Source: Lytechinus pictus
Taxonomy: Eukaryota
Reading direction: 5' to 3'
NCBI RefSeq assembly: GCF_037042905.1
Contig: NC_087250.1
Span: 19,966,001 to 20,030,000 of the forward strand
DNA: 64,000 nucleotides
Shown: piece by piece, positions 26,916-39,443 of the stretch
How positions within the stretch are numbered: the stretch's first letter is position 1
Layout: each line of letters opens with the position of its first letter
The notes under the pieces: model-generated
The model's database searches: none
Seen by the model: the letters and a program-made list of their open reading frames with translations, nothing else
What the model was told of the DNA's origin: nothing
Made by a program: the position numbers and the translations under genes

Positions 26916-28479
26916 ATATGGAAAAGTTTGGGGTGGAAATTCGCATTTGCTCTAAATACCCGAAGTAAACCTCAAATGTTGTCTGATTTTCCGAGAATGT
27001 CAGGCCGCGCTACATGTAAAATCCACCATGATGAAACTCAGACGTCTTGATACGTCATGACCCGGTATATGCTAATGAGGGCAGAGATCGCACTGACGGC
27101 TCATTGGGTGAACAAATGAAGGGGTCTTAGTTTTTCTTTATTTCCGTAGACAATTTTTAACCAATCAGCATCATTCTTACATGTATTGTAGAGAAATATA
27201 TTCTGCACAGATTGGCGGGAAACCGGCTTTCGTACGATGTTTGGTTCATGAGATACAGTCTTTGACAGACCGTCCCACCTCGACACTAGTCTGCTGGGCA
27301 AACCCTTCACTCGAGTTAAGGGTCTGAATGTGCAGCCTACTCATGCCTTGTGTACTGAAGGCTCTCTCGCTCAGGGTCTGCTTCATCTTTGGAAGTTGGG
27401 CACAAATTTTGCTATGTCAATCATTGTGAGCTTGTTACCATGACATTCCCTCTCTGAACTCTCCTCCCACTAGCTGGTCATTTGGGCCAGTCACCTGCTG
27501 GGCAGGAGATCAACTGGTGTTTGTTTAATTACACGCTGCATCGCACTCCTGATTGAAACTCCAGTCTAGCATTATGCAATAGCATAGTGGAATACATATA
27601 TGGCAAATGTCTTGCCATGGTCCCTGACTCCCTGATAAATAAATGTTGCTTTCTCTCTTTTTGAATCTTGATAGTTTTTTTTAATTGTGCATGTTGGTAC
27701 GTTTATTCTTTTGGATCACACAGTTTTTTTTTAAACAAAGCCATTTTCGTTGCTTATAATTAACACTGTACAGCAAAGTTTTATCAAACAAAAATAATCT
27801 TTGACAGCGCAGGCATAACATTTTATCCTACATGTATAGGCATTAGAAGGCAAAGAAAGTTCGGGAAATATTCTCCAAAACTGCAACATCAATATCAATT
27901 TTGTTGATATTATCTTAATTATCAAGTTTTAGTTTGTAGGCTTATATGGGTTTGTTTTCCCCTCTAATTATTGGAAAACAGCAAAGCATTTATCAATTTA
28001 CACTCACTAAATTTGATATCAAAGATACTCTCGAATAATTCATATTCATCTACAATATGCCTTTTGTGGTTCCACATGTACAAATTTAGTGCTCATATCA
28101 ATATATTATATATATTATAGTCATATTAATAATTTTTCATAATATATGATTACAAACAGAAGGAATTGAAATATTTCACATCATAAGATAATGCAAATGA
28201 AAATGGTGTGTGACATGGGTAATTCTCTCATTTGCATTCCTTCATGTACAAATGCATAAACATTAAACTCAATGTTTTGTGAAAAATTAATGTCATAACA
28301 TTCTTACCTTAAACACCAACTCAATTACTTAAAATGGTAAAAGAAAGAAATAACATTTTATAGAAATTACACTACAAATGAGACAGCAAAAAGCCGAACA
28401 AACCCTGGAAAATACAAAACTACTAAAACCTATATATCAATTGAAATACTGATCGAAAGAAAAAAAAGGAAAACATTAA

Positions 28480-29063
28480 AGGAGAATGAAACTCTTGGAG
28501 CAAGTTAGCTTTTGTGAAAGCAGAAAAATCAAAGAATAAGATCAACAAAAGTTTGAGTAAAATAGGACTAGCAATAGAAGAGTTATGAGCATTTGAATGT
28601 CGAGATCACTAATGCTATGGAGATCCTCCCATTGGCAATGCGACCAAGATCTATGATGTCACAGATGAACAACTCTCCCCTTTTGGACACTGAAAATATA
28701 CCCCAAAACATCTCTTTTTGCTCATTCTAATCATATGACAAACTATTCATCAATGATATAATGTTGTGAAACCTCTGTACTTGTCCTCTCATAAAGAGAA
28801 CACCTCACCTTGTGATAGACTCTATAAAAGTGAGAATATAAGTGAAATAAGTACTAAAGTAATGAGGGAGTTGTACGTGTGTGACATCACAGATCTTGGT
28901 CGCATTGCCAATGGGAGGAACTACATGGCATTAGTGATCTCAATATTCAAATGCTCATAACTTTCTTATTATTCATTCAATCTTCCTCAAACTTTCAACA
29001 ATATGTTTCTTTGATTTTTCTCTTTGATATGGATTCAGCTGGCTTCAAGGGTTTCATTCTCCT
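28480..29063 (-). mobile_element. Kolobok-like TTAA element, inverted copy
   Basis: Reverse complement of 21419-22002; left TTAA intact. Confidence 0.85.
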
Positions 29064-30227
29064 TCAGTCCACCCCAGAAAATTGTTGATTTGAATCAATA
29101 GAGAAAAATCAAACAAACATAACATTGCAAATTTCATCGAAATTGGATGTAAAATAAGAAAGTTATGATTTTTTTAAGTATCGCTTAATATTTCAAAAAA
29201 AAGTTAAATGCACAATTCAGCGATTTGCATATGAGAGTCTGTGATGTCCATCACTCATTATTTCTTTTGTTTTTTATTGTTTGAATAATACAATATTTCA
29301 ATTTTTACAGATTTGACAATAAGGACCAACTTAACTTAACCATAAACTGTTAAAATAATGGTAATTCCATATGTTCAGGGAGAAATAAAACTTTGTTTCA
29401 CTTGACAAGAAGGAGAAAATTAGAATATTTCATATTTCATATAATAAAATACAAAAGAAATAGTGAGTGTGTGACGTCATCAGTCTGCCAATTTGCATAC
29501 CGACCAGAATGTGCATACAACTGTTTTTTTAAATGAAGTGACTAGCCAAATGCGTTTAGGGTATGTTTTTTTCCTCGGGCTTTTCCTCCTACTTTCTGAA
29601 AAGTGTTTGGGCCTGAGACAAAACTTGTTTAGGTGTCATATTCTGGCGACAACTCGTTTAGGGGCCAAAATGTGCAAAATGAAGCCCGCGAAAAACTTGT
29701 TTAGCGGGTTATTTTCAACACAGAGGAAAACTCGTTTATAGGGGGGTTGGAAATAATTTGGTCATGTGTACAGCAGTACATTTGACTGCCCCCCCCCCCC
29801 CCGGCAAGGCGGGTAGAGTTATAATGTTAACCGTCTTTTACATCCTTTCTTCACCAGGGGCTCCTTTCCCTTTTTGTTCACCCGTGACTTTCCCCCATTT
29901 TTTCTTATTCATTTAGGTTTCCTTTTTGTTTGGGAGGGATGTCCCCACCAGAAATTTAGTGTAGACTCATCCTTATGCCCCGCCCATGCTTCCACTGCCT
30001 ACATTATAACTTTATTTTTTATTTTCTTTATTACTGTTACCTTATTTTCATCCTAATCGATGTGCATGTGCAATTTTTTATTATAAGCAAAGTTGATTTG
30101 AGTAAAAAGAGAAAATCCCACAAGCATAACGCTAAAAAAAGAAAGTGATAACAATTTACATGTTTGCTTCATTTCACCCAGGGAGTTGTGATGTATTTCA
30201 CAACAATTATGTGAACATCCGGTTCGG

Positions 30228-30285
30228 CAGTGGCGTAACTACGGGAGGGGGGGCACGTGCCCCCCAATCGGCTGACCCCCCCCCC

Positions 30286-30331
<46 letters not shown>

Positions 30332-31291
30332 GGGGAAAAGGAGAAAAAGAGGGAGAAAGGAAGAGAAACGTACTGGGAAAGAAGAAATTATTGTTCATTA
30401 TGATGTTTTGTTAAATTATAATTATGTTATGTTATATTACATAAGAAATATCTTTTTCATATGTCTTCATTGTTCCTGGTGCTCGCATTGTCTGTTTAAG
30501 AAGATATCTAATCCTGTTGTACTAAAACCTCCCGTTTTCAAGTCAATATACACCAAATATATTTTTTCGCACTTCGAGATATTGTTTTATGCACAATAGT
30601 ATGCTTCTTTTTCATGACTACTTAAAGCGATTGCCCAATTTTAAGGTCTTAATATAAAACATTTCCTGTCCGTGCTTACGTTCGCAATTAGTGGATTGGT
30701 GAGGTATAACTGCCCTCCATGAGTTCTTATAGAATCAGTCCTTAAAATGTCCCTTTTTCTGATCTGAATGTAAAAAAATTTCTGCTCGCTCTTCGTATAA
30801 TGATTACACAAATTTGATTATAATGTCCATTTTTAGGTCTGAATATCCAAAATTTTCAGTTCGCGCTTCGCGCTCGCAATATTTGATTAGTGAGATGCGT
30901 AAAATGATGATTACAATTACTACAAGCATGACAAGTGCTTAATGCGTTTAGATGCAATACTAACAAAATCAGCAAGAGCTTGGCACTCGCATTAGATGAC
31001 TATGGTGAGATATGTATACTCTTAATGGATTCCTAAAATATAGTCCAGGTCAATATATACAAAAATTTCAGCTAGCGCTTCGCGCTCGCATTGTTTAGTG
31101 AGACAGGTACGTATAATGATTATAAAAATTTGAGTCCCTTTTTAGGTCTGAATATCCAACATTTTCAGCTCGCGCTTCGCGCTCGCATTATTTGATCAGT
31201 TAGATACATACGAAGCGCGCTCACTAAGTGGCTCAGAATTTTTGCTGGTGCCCCCCCCCCCCCCAATGCCGTGACCCACAGTACGCCACTG
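30228..31291. mobile_element. hAT-like non-autonomous element inserted in a degraded TTAA-family element (about 30085-31600)
   Basis: TIR cagtggcgta / tacgccactg; degenerate 8-bp TSD cggttcgg / ctggtcgg; internal cgcgcttcgcgctcgca repeats. Confidence 0.7.
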
Positions 31292-31848
31292 CTGGTCGGT
31301 ATGCAAATGAGGGGACTGACGACATCACTCACTATTTTTTTTTGGTATTTTAATATATTGAATATTGATGTTTCAAATTTCTCCTCATCGTCACGTGAAG
31401 CAAAATTTTCTCTTCTAAACATGTGGCATTGCCATGGTACTAACATTTAATATGTTCAGTCAAGTTGGTCTTTTATGTCAAATCTGTAAACATTAAAATA
31501 TCGTTAAAACTATTTTTTAATGAAAGAAGAAGAAAGAAAAAGTATAAAATGAGGGACATCATTGTCTTTCTCATTTTACATGCCATTTTAAGTTGTGAAT
31601 ATAAAGTCTTCACTGTTATTTTTTAAGTATTTGAATCTAATTTTACTATTTATAACCTGCACACTGTTTTTTGTTGCCAACAGCCCTGGCTGTAATGACA
31701 GATTGGAATTAAAGATGTAATAATATTTAACTAGAAAAAGAAAAGTGATTAAGGAGTAATGAGATAGAATCAAATAAATGTGGAGAATAGGGAAGAAAAA
31801 TGAGAGCCAAAGAGAAATGGACTTCGTGCAAATTATATGAAATCTTAA

Positions 31849-32394
31849 AGGTCAAGTCCACCCTATAATTTTTTTTATTTGAATAAATAGAGGAAAATCA
31901 AACAAGCTAGGCTGAAAATTTCATCAAAATCGGACGTAAAATAAGAAATGTATGATATTTTAAAGTTTCGCTTATTTTTCACAAAACAGTGATGTGACAT
32001 GCACACCTGGGATGCAAACGAGACAGTTTATAACCCTAACTCACTATTTCATTTGTTTGTTATTGTTTAAATTGTGCAATAAGGACCAAGTTAACTGAAC
32101 CATAGTAATAAAAAAAGCTGATTCAACATGTTCAGGGAGGAATTGGTCGTTGTTTCATTTGACATGAGGAGAAAATTAGAATATTTCACATAATCAAATG
32201 CAAAAAATGGATAGTCTCCTCATTTGCAAATCGGACCAGGATGTGGAAAACTGTATGTGAAATTAACCGAAACTTTAAAATGTGATTAAACTTTCTTATT
32301 CAACATTCGATTTTGAGGACATTTTCAGTGATATAAAATGTTGGATTTTCCTTTTTTTATTCAAATCAACTTCTTTGTTGGGTGAACTTGTCCT
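31849..32394 (+). mobile_element. Kolobok-like TTAA element (aggtcaagtccaccc family)
   Basis: TTAA|aggtcaagtccaccc ... gggtgaacttgtcct. Related copies at about 29065-29540, 42611-43170 and 52939-53400. Confidence 0.7.
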
Positions 32395-33327
32395 TGATCC
32401 TTAGTTATATTCATAATCTATTATAGGGCTAATAAAATACATGAAGGAAGTTCCAACCTATATAAAGTGAAAAAATGACCCAACAGAAAGATATAAAGAA
32501 ACTGTTTGCACTTTGCAGGAACAAACTATAATGGGCCAATACAATAAATATACATTTCTATAGCTTACGTGTACTTCCCTGCTTAGGAATGGAAGATTTG
32601 TTCTAACAGGGATATGTGACTATTTCCTATGGTATTATACAGTAGGCCCTATAATGACCATTTCATTTCTGCATTTGGATGTAGACCACAAGATCCCTGG
32701 AGGGTTTTCTGGGCATGGGACATTGTTTATGTTGGATTAACTACTGGCTAAATCTTATCTGAGTTATCAATTATCTTCTCACTGGCCACTGGTAGCAGTT
32801 CCCCTGGGAGGCTGATTGACAATGTTTACTAGCCAATGGAAAGTGACTCTGAAAGAAGGAGGTGGGGCCAGATTTGGAGCGTGAGAAATGATTTTTGGAA
32901 GATTATGCAGACCCTGTATTGGAACAGCAAGTTTTGTATGTGCTAGTCTTTGCGTGGAGGCACACTTATTGATCAAAGTTCCAATCAGGGTCTGTGCCTG
33001 CAGACTACCTCGACACAGCGTGTGCAAACAGGGAAATTTACGTGTAATAATACGCAAATCTGGTGTGGGAGAAGCTCAAACATGTGTTTTATAAACAGCA
33101 ATTCCGTGGAGCCTGAATCTCTAATTTCTTTAAAATTTGGTATTATCATAAAAAAGGTGTAGAAAATAGATTTCCACTCAACCGAGCTTCGTAGGAATTT
33201 TACTTTTGAGTCAATTCACATTTCGGCCCCATTACAACATAATTTCGTATCTAGAGTGCCATAGCTTCTGTACACGTACGCGCGTTCGGTCGCTGCTCGG
33301 GAGCAAATGCGACTACTTTTCCAGTCC

Positions 33328-33392
<65 letters not shown>

Positions 33393-33400
33393 TTCTTCCT

Positions 33401-34729
33401 CCCAGAAGGAAAAACCAGTAAGACCAGTAAAATTTTTTACTGGTTTCCAGTAGAATTTTACTGGTTTCCAGTATATTTTTACTGGGCCAGTTGATTTTTA
33501 ACTGGACCAGTAAAAATCAACTGGAGACCAGTTCCAACAATTGCATTCCAGTTGAAGCAATTAGTAATACCAGTTAAATTGTTTTTCATCAAACTGGTGT
33601 TTCTGGTCCAATAAATGGTTTCCAGTAGATTTTTACTGGTTTCCAGTATAAGTTTACTGGACCAGTTGAATTTTATCTGGACCAGTAAAAATCAACTGGA
33701 GACCAGTTCAAACAATTGCATTCCAGTTGAAGCAAAGTAGTAATACCAGTTAAATTGTTTTTCATCAAACTGGTGTTACTGGTCCAATAAATAATGACTT
33801 TATTTCAAGTCAGATCATTTGACGAATTATGGAAAATTAATCTTGCAATTCAGAGAAAGTTATTATGATTCGTTATCATTGTTATCATCATTTTTCTTAT
33901 AATTATCATAATTATTATTATTATGATTATTGTTATCATTCTTATTACTGTTATCATTGTTATCGATATTGTAATTATTATTATTAATTATCATAATTAT
34001 CAAGTATTAACATTATCATTAAAATAAATTTTTCCTTTAATTATGATTAAGATCAAAGCAAGATATATTCCTCTGATATAGTCAACTGGTCTAAAGTAAT
34101 TCATTGTTTGAAATTGAACTGGTCAAGACCAGTAATACCAGTAATTCTGATGATATGCTGATCACGTGGTTTACCTCATTTGCATATTTCCTATTTTAAA
34201 CAGAAAAATCAGGATTTAGAATGGAATATCCTTGCAATGGCACTCATTGTTGTTTAAAAACTTTCCAAATAAGTGTGTGAACTAATTCATAATGAAAATG
34301 TGTAATTTCATATATCACATTTAAAATAACAGCAGAAAGATTAATTTACTAACCATCTTTTCCATCACATTTCACTGACCATGGTATATAACAAACCAAA
34401 TGCATGTAATAAATTGATCCAGTAAGACCAGTACGAGGACCAGTTGGACCAGTTTGAAGACCAGTCAAACCAGTAGAAAATACCAGTAAAGACCAGCTTG
34501 ATCGGAGACCAGTATGAAGACCAGTGAGACCAGTTAACAACCACCAGAAACAAGACCAGTATAAAATTCCAGTAATTCAAGACCAGTTTAATTTTTAACT
34601 GGACCAGTAAAATTTTAACTGGACCAGTATGACCAGTTAGACCAGTAAACCGATGTTCCAATTTCCAGAGTTACCAGTTAAAATTCTACTGGTCTAACTG
34701 GTCCAGTGGAACTGGTTTTTCCTTCTGGG
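33401..34729. mobile_element. CCCAG-ended TIR element with dense ACCAGT/ACTGGT subterminal repeats (CMC/EnSpm-like), inside a (TCT)n microsatellite
   Basis: 19-bp perfect TIR cccagaaggaaaaaccagt / actggtttttccttctggg; TCT repeats on both sides (33326-33400, 34730-34850). Confidence 0.75.
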
Positions 34730-35233
34730 TCTTCTTCTTCGATCTTCTTCTTCTTCCTCTTCTTCTTCTTCTCCCTCTTCTTCCTCTTCTTCCTCTTCTT
34801 CTTCTGCTTTTATTATTCTTCTTCTTCCTCTTCTCCTTCTTCTTCTGCTTCTTATATTCTTTTTCTCAATTTTAATTAATTTTCTTCTTGCCTTGCCTAC
34901 CCCCTTCAGCTATTTCAATGGAAATATTTTTTTCACAAGCTCTGCTTCTATGGGGTCCCAAACCTATCACGTGTTATTATTTTCGTAAAACTGTGTAAAA
35001 TGTACATTGTTTGATCGGTTTAAATAAAGTTGAACTTGAAACTTTGAACTTTAAGTAGCTTGCCAATGCAGCTTTGATACATACTGAGAGATACCATATA
35101 CTTCCAAATAAATCGTGCACAACTAATTGATTGATTTCTTCAGCGCGAATTAACCATCTGTCATGGTGTGAAAACTGCAACTCCCGAAGCAAAATATATT
35201 CTTTCTCGTGTTTATTTTAATTGAATAGCCACG

Positions 35234-35271
35234 ATGGCGACACCTATGTCGAAAGAGTCAAGATCTATGAG
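35234..35271 (+). CDS. DNAJC5: Cysteine string protein, coding exon 1 of 6 (join 35234-35271,49070-49151,49603-49659,55900-56052,58683-58817,60738-60932; 660 nt, 219 aa)
   Basis: acgATGg; MATPMSKESRSM+AG|gtgagt, phase 2. Joins 49070 to give RSMSTAGESLY, compared with human RSLSTSGESLY. Confidence 0.8.
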
Positions 35272-35973
35272 GTGAGTAGATCCGATATATGTTTGCTTGT
35301 TGGTCCAGAAAGTAGAATTCTTCTCGCAGTCGCACACTCAACTCAACTTCTCAACTCAAGTCAAGACATTCGTCGAGTGTCCAGCCCAAATTCAAGCAAG
35401 GCGAGCCGTCACTGCACTGCCACTGCTGCCTCGGCCCTCGCTCTTGAACTGTGTGTGTCGCCGTCGGTGTGTATGAATGATAATGATGGGGTGTCCAAAG
35501 TCCAGACCAAACTTCGCGGACTTTTCAAAAATGTTTATCATCAGGATCAGGCTTAAATTTGTTCACAAAATAGGCTATTCACAATTTATATGTGTAATTG
35601 TAAACATGGTAAAACCAATTGCAATTCAATTTGACAGTAGAGAGGCGCACGGCCTATACGGGAGACTGTCTCCCATGAGACTGAGAGAGATTATCTCCAA
35701 TATCAGAGACTTTTGTAGAGAATTTGGGTATCCAATTTCAGAGACAGTCTCCAGTTTGGGAGACGAATTTCCTTTGTTTACATTTGCTGCAAAAGGATTA
35801 CCTTGGCGGCAAATAAAAGTGTGAAAAAATTGTGATAAGCAGATTCCTCATGAAAACTTACCCCTTTTAACCGTCTTCTTTAATAAAAATTCACCGTCTA
35901 CTTTTGTTTTGATAAGGATTTTTGTTGTCAATCACACACAAAACAAATGGGCTTCTGACCTCAGTGAGACAAA

Positions 35974-36438
35974 GAGGCTGTTCTCACTACGTTCCTTAAA
36001 CTAGTTTACTGGGTAACTGGAAACTAGTTTAGTGGAAACTAGTTTAACACGTAGTGAGAACGGTCAAAGCGGTCTTGGAAGCGATCTTCCAAACCAGTTT
36101 GGAAAACCACCTCGCGATGTAGTTTTCAAGATCGCTTCGCCTCGTTAAACTGGTTCTAGCGTAAGTGAGGACACAACCGTTCTTCGGGAAGCGATCTTCG
36201 CACATTTTGAGCGCGCTACTCCACACGACAGGTGTAGAATGCCTATGCTGCGGTTTTGAATTTCGCGCGAAACGTGTCACCCCACTGAGAGCGTTTCCAT
36301 AGCAACAAGAGCGCTTTACGTGAAGCGACTTGCACTTTCGTGTGATCAAGTGGGAACGCTAGCAAAGCGATCTTCCAAAGTGGTTTCCTGAATCGGTTTC
36401 CAGTAAACTAGTTTAAGGAACGTAGTGAGAACAGCCTC
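35974..36438. mobile_element. Harbinger-like MITE
   Basis: About 39-bp perfect TIR gaggctgttctcactacgttccttaaactagtttactgg; TSD not clear. Confidence 0.75.
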
Positions 36439-36514
36439 ATTATTTTGGGTGGAAAAAATCATGCTTTTGTTGGTGTTGTTTCTTTTGTCCTTTTGCAAAG
36501 CAAGTCTCCAATGT

Positions 36515-37073
36515 TAGCCAGGCGGCTTCTAGAGAGTAAAAATCATTTACTAACGTAAGGTTACTCTCATACGAAGCCAGGCAGTCCTCCCCATTCATCT
36601 GCGTGTACCGCAAAAAACCCTGAAACTTTCGCCCCCGAGATTTCTACTTTCCTTCTAAAAGATCTAGCTCTAATCATGTAAATGGGATAAAACTTCATTT
36701 CCGACATTTCTACGCTCTCGTTGTTATTTTTAAAACAAGAATTCATCAAAAAAATGAAAAAATATTGTAAAAAGAAGGAAGAGACTTGCCCGATGTTTAC
36801 GCCGCCATCTTGGTTCTTATTGTACTTCCCCAACGTTGCGTGACGCTCGCGTCCGTAACGTTGGGGAAGTACCTGGGAAGTACAATAAGAAACGAGATGG
36901 CGGCGTTAACATCGGGCAAGTCTCTTCCGTCTTTTCACAATATTTTTTCATTTTTTTAAATGAATTCTTGTTTTTTGCGGTACACGCAGATGAATGGGGA
37001 GGACTGCCTGGCTTCGTATGAGAGTAACCTTACGTTAGTAAATGATTTTTACTCTCTAGAAGCCGTCTGGCTA
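36515..37073. mobile_element. Fold-back MITE with TAG...CTA ends and 8-bp TSD
   Basis: Outer about 100 bp are near-perfect inverted repeats, with a second inverted block at about 36730-36970; tccaatgt on both flanks. Confidence 0.85.
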
Positions 37074-38126
37074 TCCAATGTGGGAGATTGTCTCCCCTAT
37101 TAGTATTGGAGAGAGTCTCCCATATTGGCCGTGCGCCTCTACTGATTGACAGCAAGATGAAGATTGTAAACTATAAAAATCATTGATGAAAATAGATGTT
37201 AAGACAAAAGTCTACTCTAGGTCAAGGCCGATCGACGAATGCGCGTTGTGCTGTAAAACTGTTATGAAAGGGTGTGACCTAACTTCGCGGACCAAATTTT
37301 TTGTGGAGATTTAAACAAAAACTCAAGCTTAAAAGGTGAGATATTTATATCAGCTTGACGACAAAATGCTATACATTTACAATCAGTACCACACTGAACT
37401 TACATTTTATATGATAAATATCTGCTTGCAAAATGATGATATCATGAAGCTTGTTGAGACTATCAGATTTCTTCAGAACAGGCGCTATTAAGGGTGACAA
37501 ATTTGCTGATCTTTTGTCAATATTTTTTATGAATACTGAACTCATCCTAAAGAAACTTGTGCCAAAGCCTTATTTTAGGTCGCCTTTCATGTTGATGTCA
37601 GATTTAAAGGATAATGGCCAGTTTTTTAGATAATGACCATCCGCAAAGTATGGATACACGCAAAGTTTGGACTCACTGCCATACAAAGTCAATGGGAGTG
37701 GGAAGAAATCACCAGCGCTGACAAAATAAACGGCAGTGAATGGACTGGTGACTTAAACCAGGATAATGCCACCTAGTCCAAGATGTAGGCCTAGTAAGAT
37801 GGTTATTTTGTCATTTTCTTGTCTTGTTCATTTCCTTTAACTTGTTTTCTCAAGAAGAAGTTCAGCTGTTTTCATTACATTTCTGTTCCATCCAACTAAA
37901 GTTAAATGTTACTGGACTTGAGTTCATCTGTTCATTTGCATTTAAGTTCAGCACTGTCCTTGCAGTCTGAAAATAAAGTTTAATAGATGAAATGGAAAAA
38001 AAGGCACGAAGGAAGGGGAAATGAAAGGATGAAGATTGAAGAAAGATTATAAATTATAGGATTTTTAAGGTTATCTTGATATTGATTGAAATGCATGGTT
38101 AAGTGTGTTAAATTGTTACACATTAA

Positions 38127-39165
38127 CAGAGATGCCAACCGTTACGGATTCGCCGTATTTGTTCCGATTTTATTCCTCCAATTACGGTGTTACGGCAACA
38201 ATAAAAAGGTTACGGAAAAAACAACTACAATACATGTGTATTGTTTATTGCTTTGCTGTGCATGTGTATATATGCGTGTATTGTGTATTGTGCATGTATA
38301 TGCTCGTATTGTGTATACATGTATCGTGCATGCAGCGTGTGTGTGGCCAACGGTAAACCAACGGGAGTTTCTCTACTATAATTTATAAACGCGCGCATTG
38401 CCTACTACGTTCATTGAGTTATGCTTTTATCAAGGCTTTCTGATTAGAATTATCGATATCCTGGCCAATCAATGCGAGCGACAAGTTCCGAACGCACGCA
38501 CATAGACAAGCACAAATCAGCGGCACGAATCGCGGTATAATAGCGACTGGTAAATACGACTGTAAAGATGATGACGTCATCCAAGATGGCAACTTACGAT
38601 GACCAACGAAGAAATCAAGGATGACTAAGTTTTGATCATCATTTGAAAGGAATTAGCGGTAACTGCGGTCTAAGGTACGATGTTTCTGAATTTTATATAT
38701 TTTCTCGTAAGTTTGGATGTAATTATTTTTTCATAATGTGACATTTGATGTACCAAAAACGATCCGAAAATCGGGTTTCCGCCGAATGTTAGATCTAACG
38801 TTACTGCTGCATGCTGATACGGAACTCAGGGAGCTCCGACCCGAAAAGCGGGCCGGAGCTCCTTGGGTTACGTACGTATCAGCTAGCCCAGAGCTCCCTG
38901 GGTTAGCTGATACGTTGTCTTAATGTACGGGCCAACAACTCTTCAGTCTATGTATTGGTGAGTGGAGCCAACGCGGTTCAGCTGAACAACCAAAATACAG
39001 AGACTGAAGCTTTTGGTCTAGCGTTCTATGAGAAACACACAACTAACTACCGTCAGTTTTTCAAACCTAATTGACTTCAAAGTCATCGATCACAGCAAGG
39101 TAAGAAGCCACTTGGTCCTCCCCCCCCCTCCCCTAAATTTGAGGTGGGGGCAGACCCCCCCTCCT

Positions 39166-39205
<40 letters not shown>

Positions 39206-39443
39206 TGTCCAATTTTTTACCTGTGACATGTGTCCATCCCAAAATTAAAGGTGGACCCACCTAAATTTTTTTTTCTTGGACACTGTCCCGGCCCACGATG
39301 AGTTTCAGTATTTTTGGAGGACACCTAGTGGCATCCCTGTATAAACGATGCTACTTCGCGGGATGTTCCTGAGAAACTCCCATTTGTTCCTGACAAATAT
39401 GGTAAATATTCCTGACAACCATCCCTTTAGGTTGGCATCTCTG
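38127..39443. mobile_element. Non-autonomous TIR element with 6-bp TSD (hAT-like), related to 13957-15638
   Basis: Perfect 14-bp TIR cagagatgccaacc / ggttggcatctctg; cattaa on both flanks. Confidence 0.8.

Larger units (their letters stand above)
35638..37144. mobile_element. hAT-like element hosting two further insertions
   Basis: agaggcgcacggcc at the left end and its reverse complement ggccgtgcgcctctactg at the right; flanks tttgacag / attgacag. Confidence 0.6.

Noticed and set aside
26283..26968. Hydrophobic and poly-Ser/Leu ORFs
   Set aside because: Products of TATT, TA and TCT microsatellites.
38586..38624. ATG GCA ACT TAC GAT GAC CAA CGA (MATYDDQRR), resembling the CSP N-terminus
   Set aside because: Hits a stop after 12 codons before any donor and lies inside a transposon.
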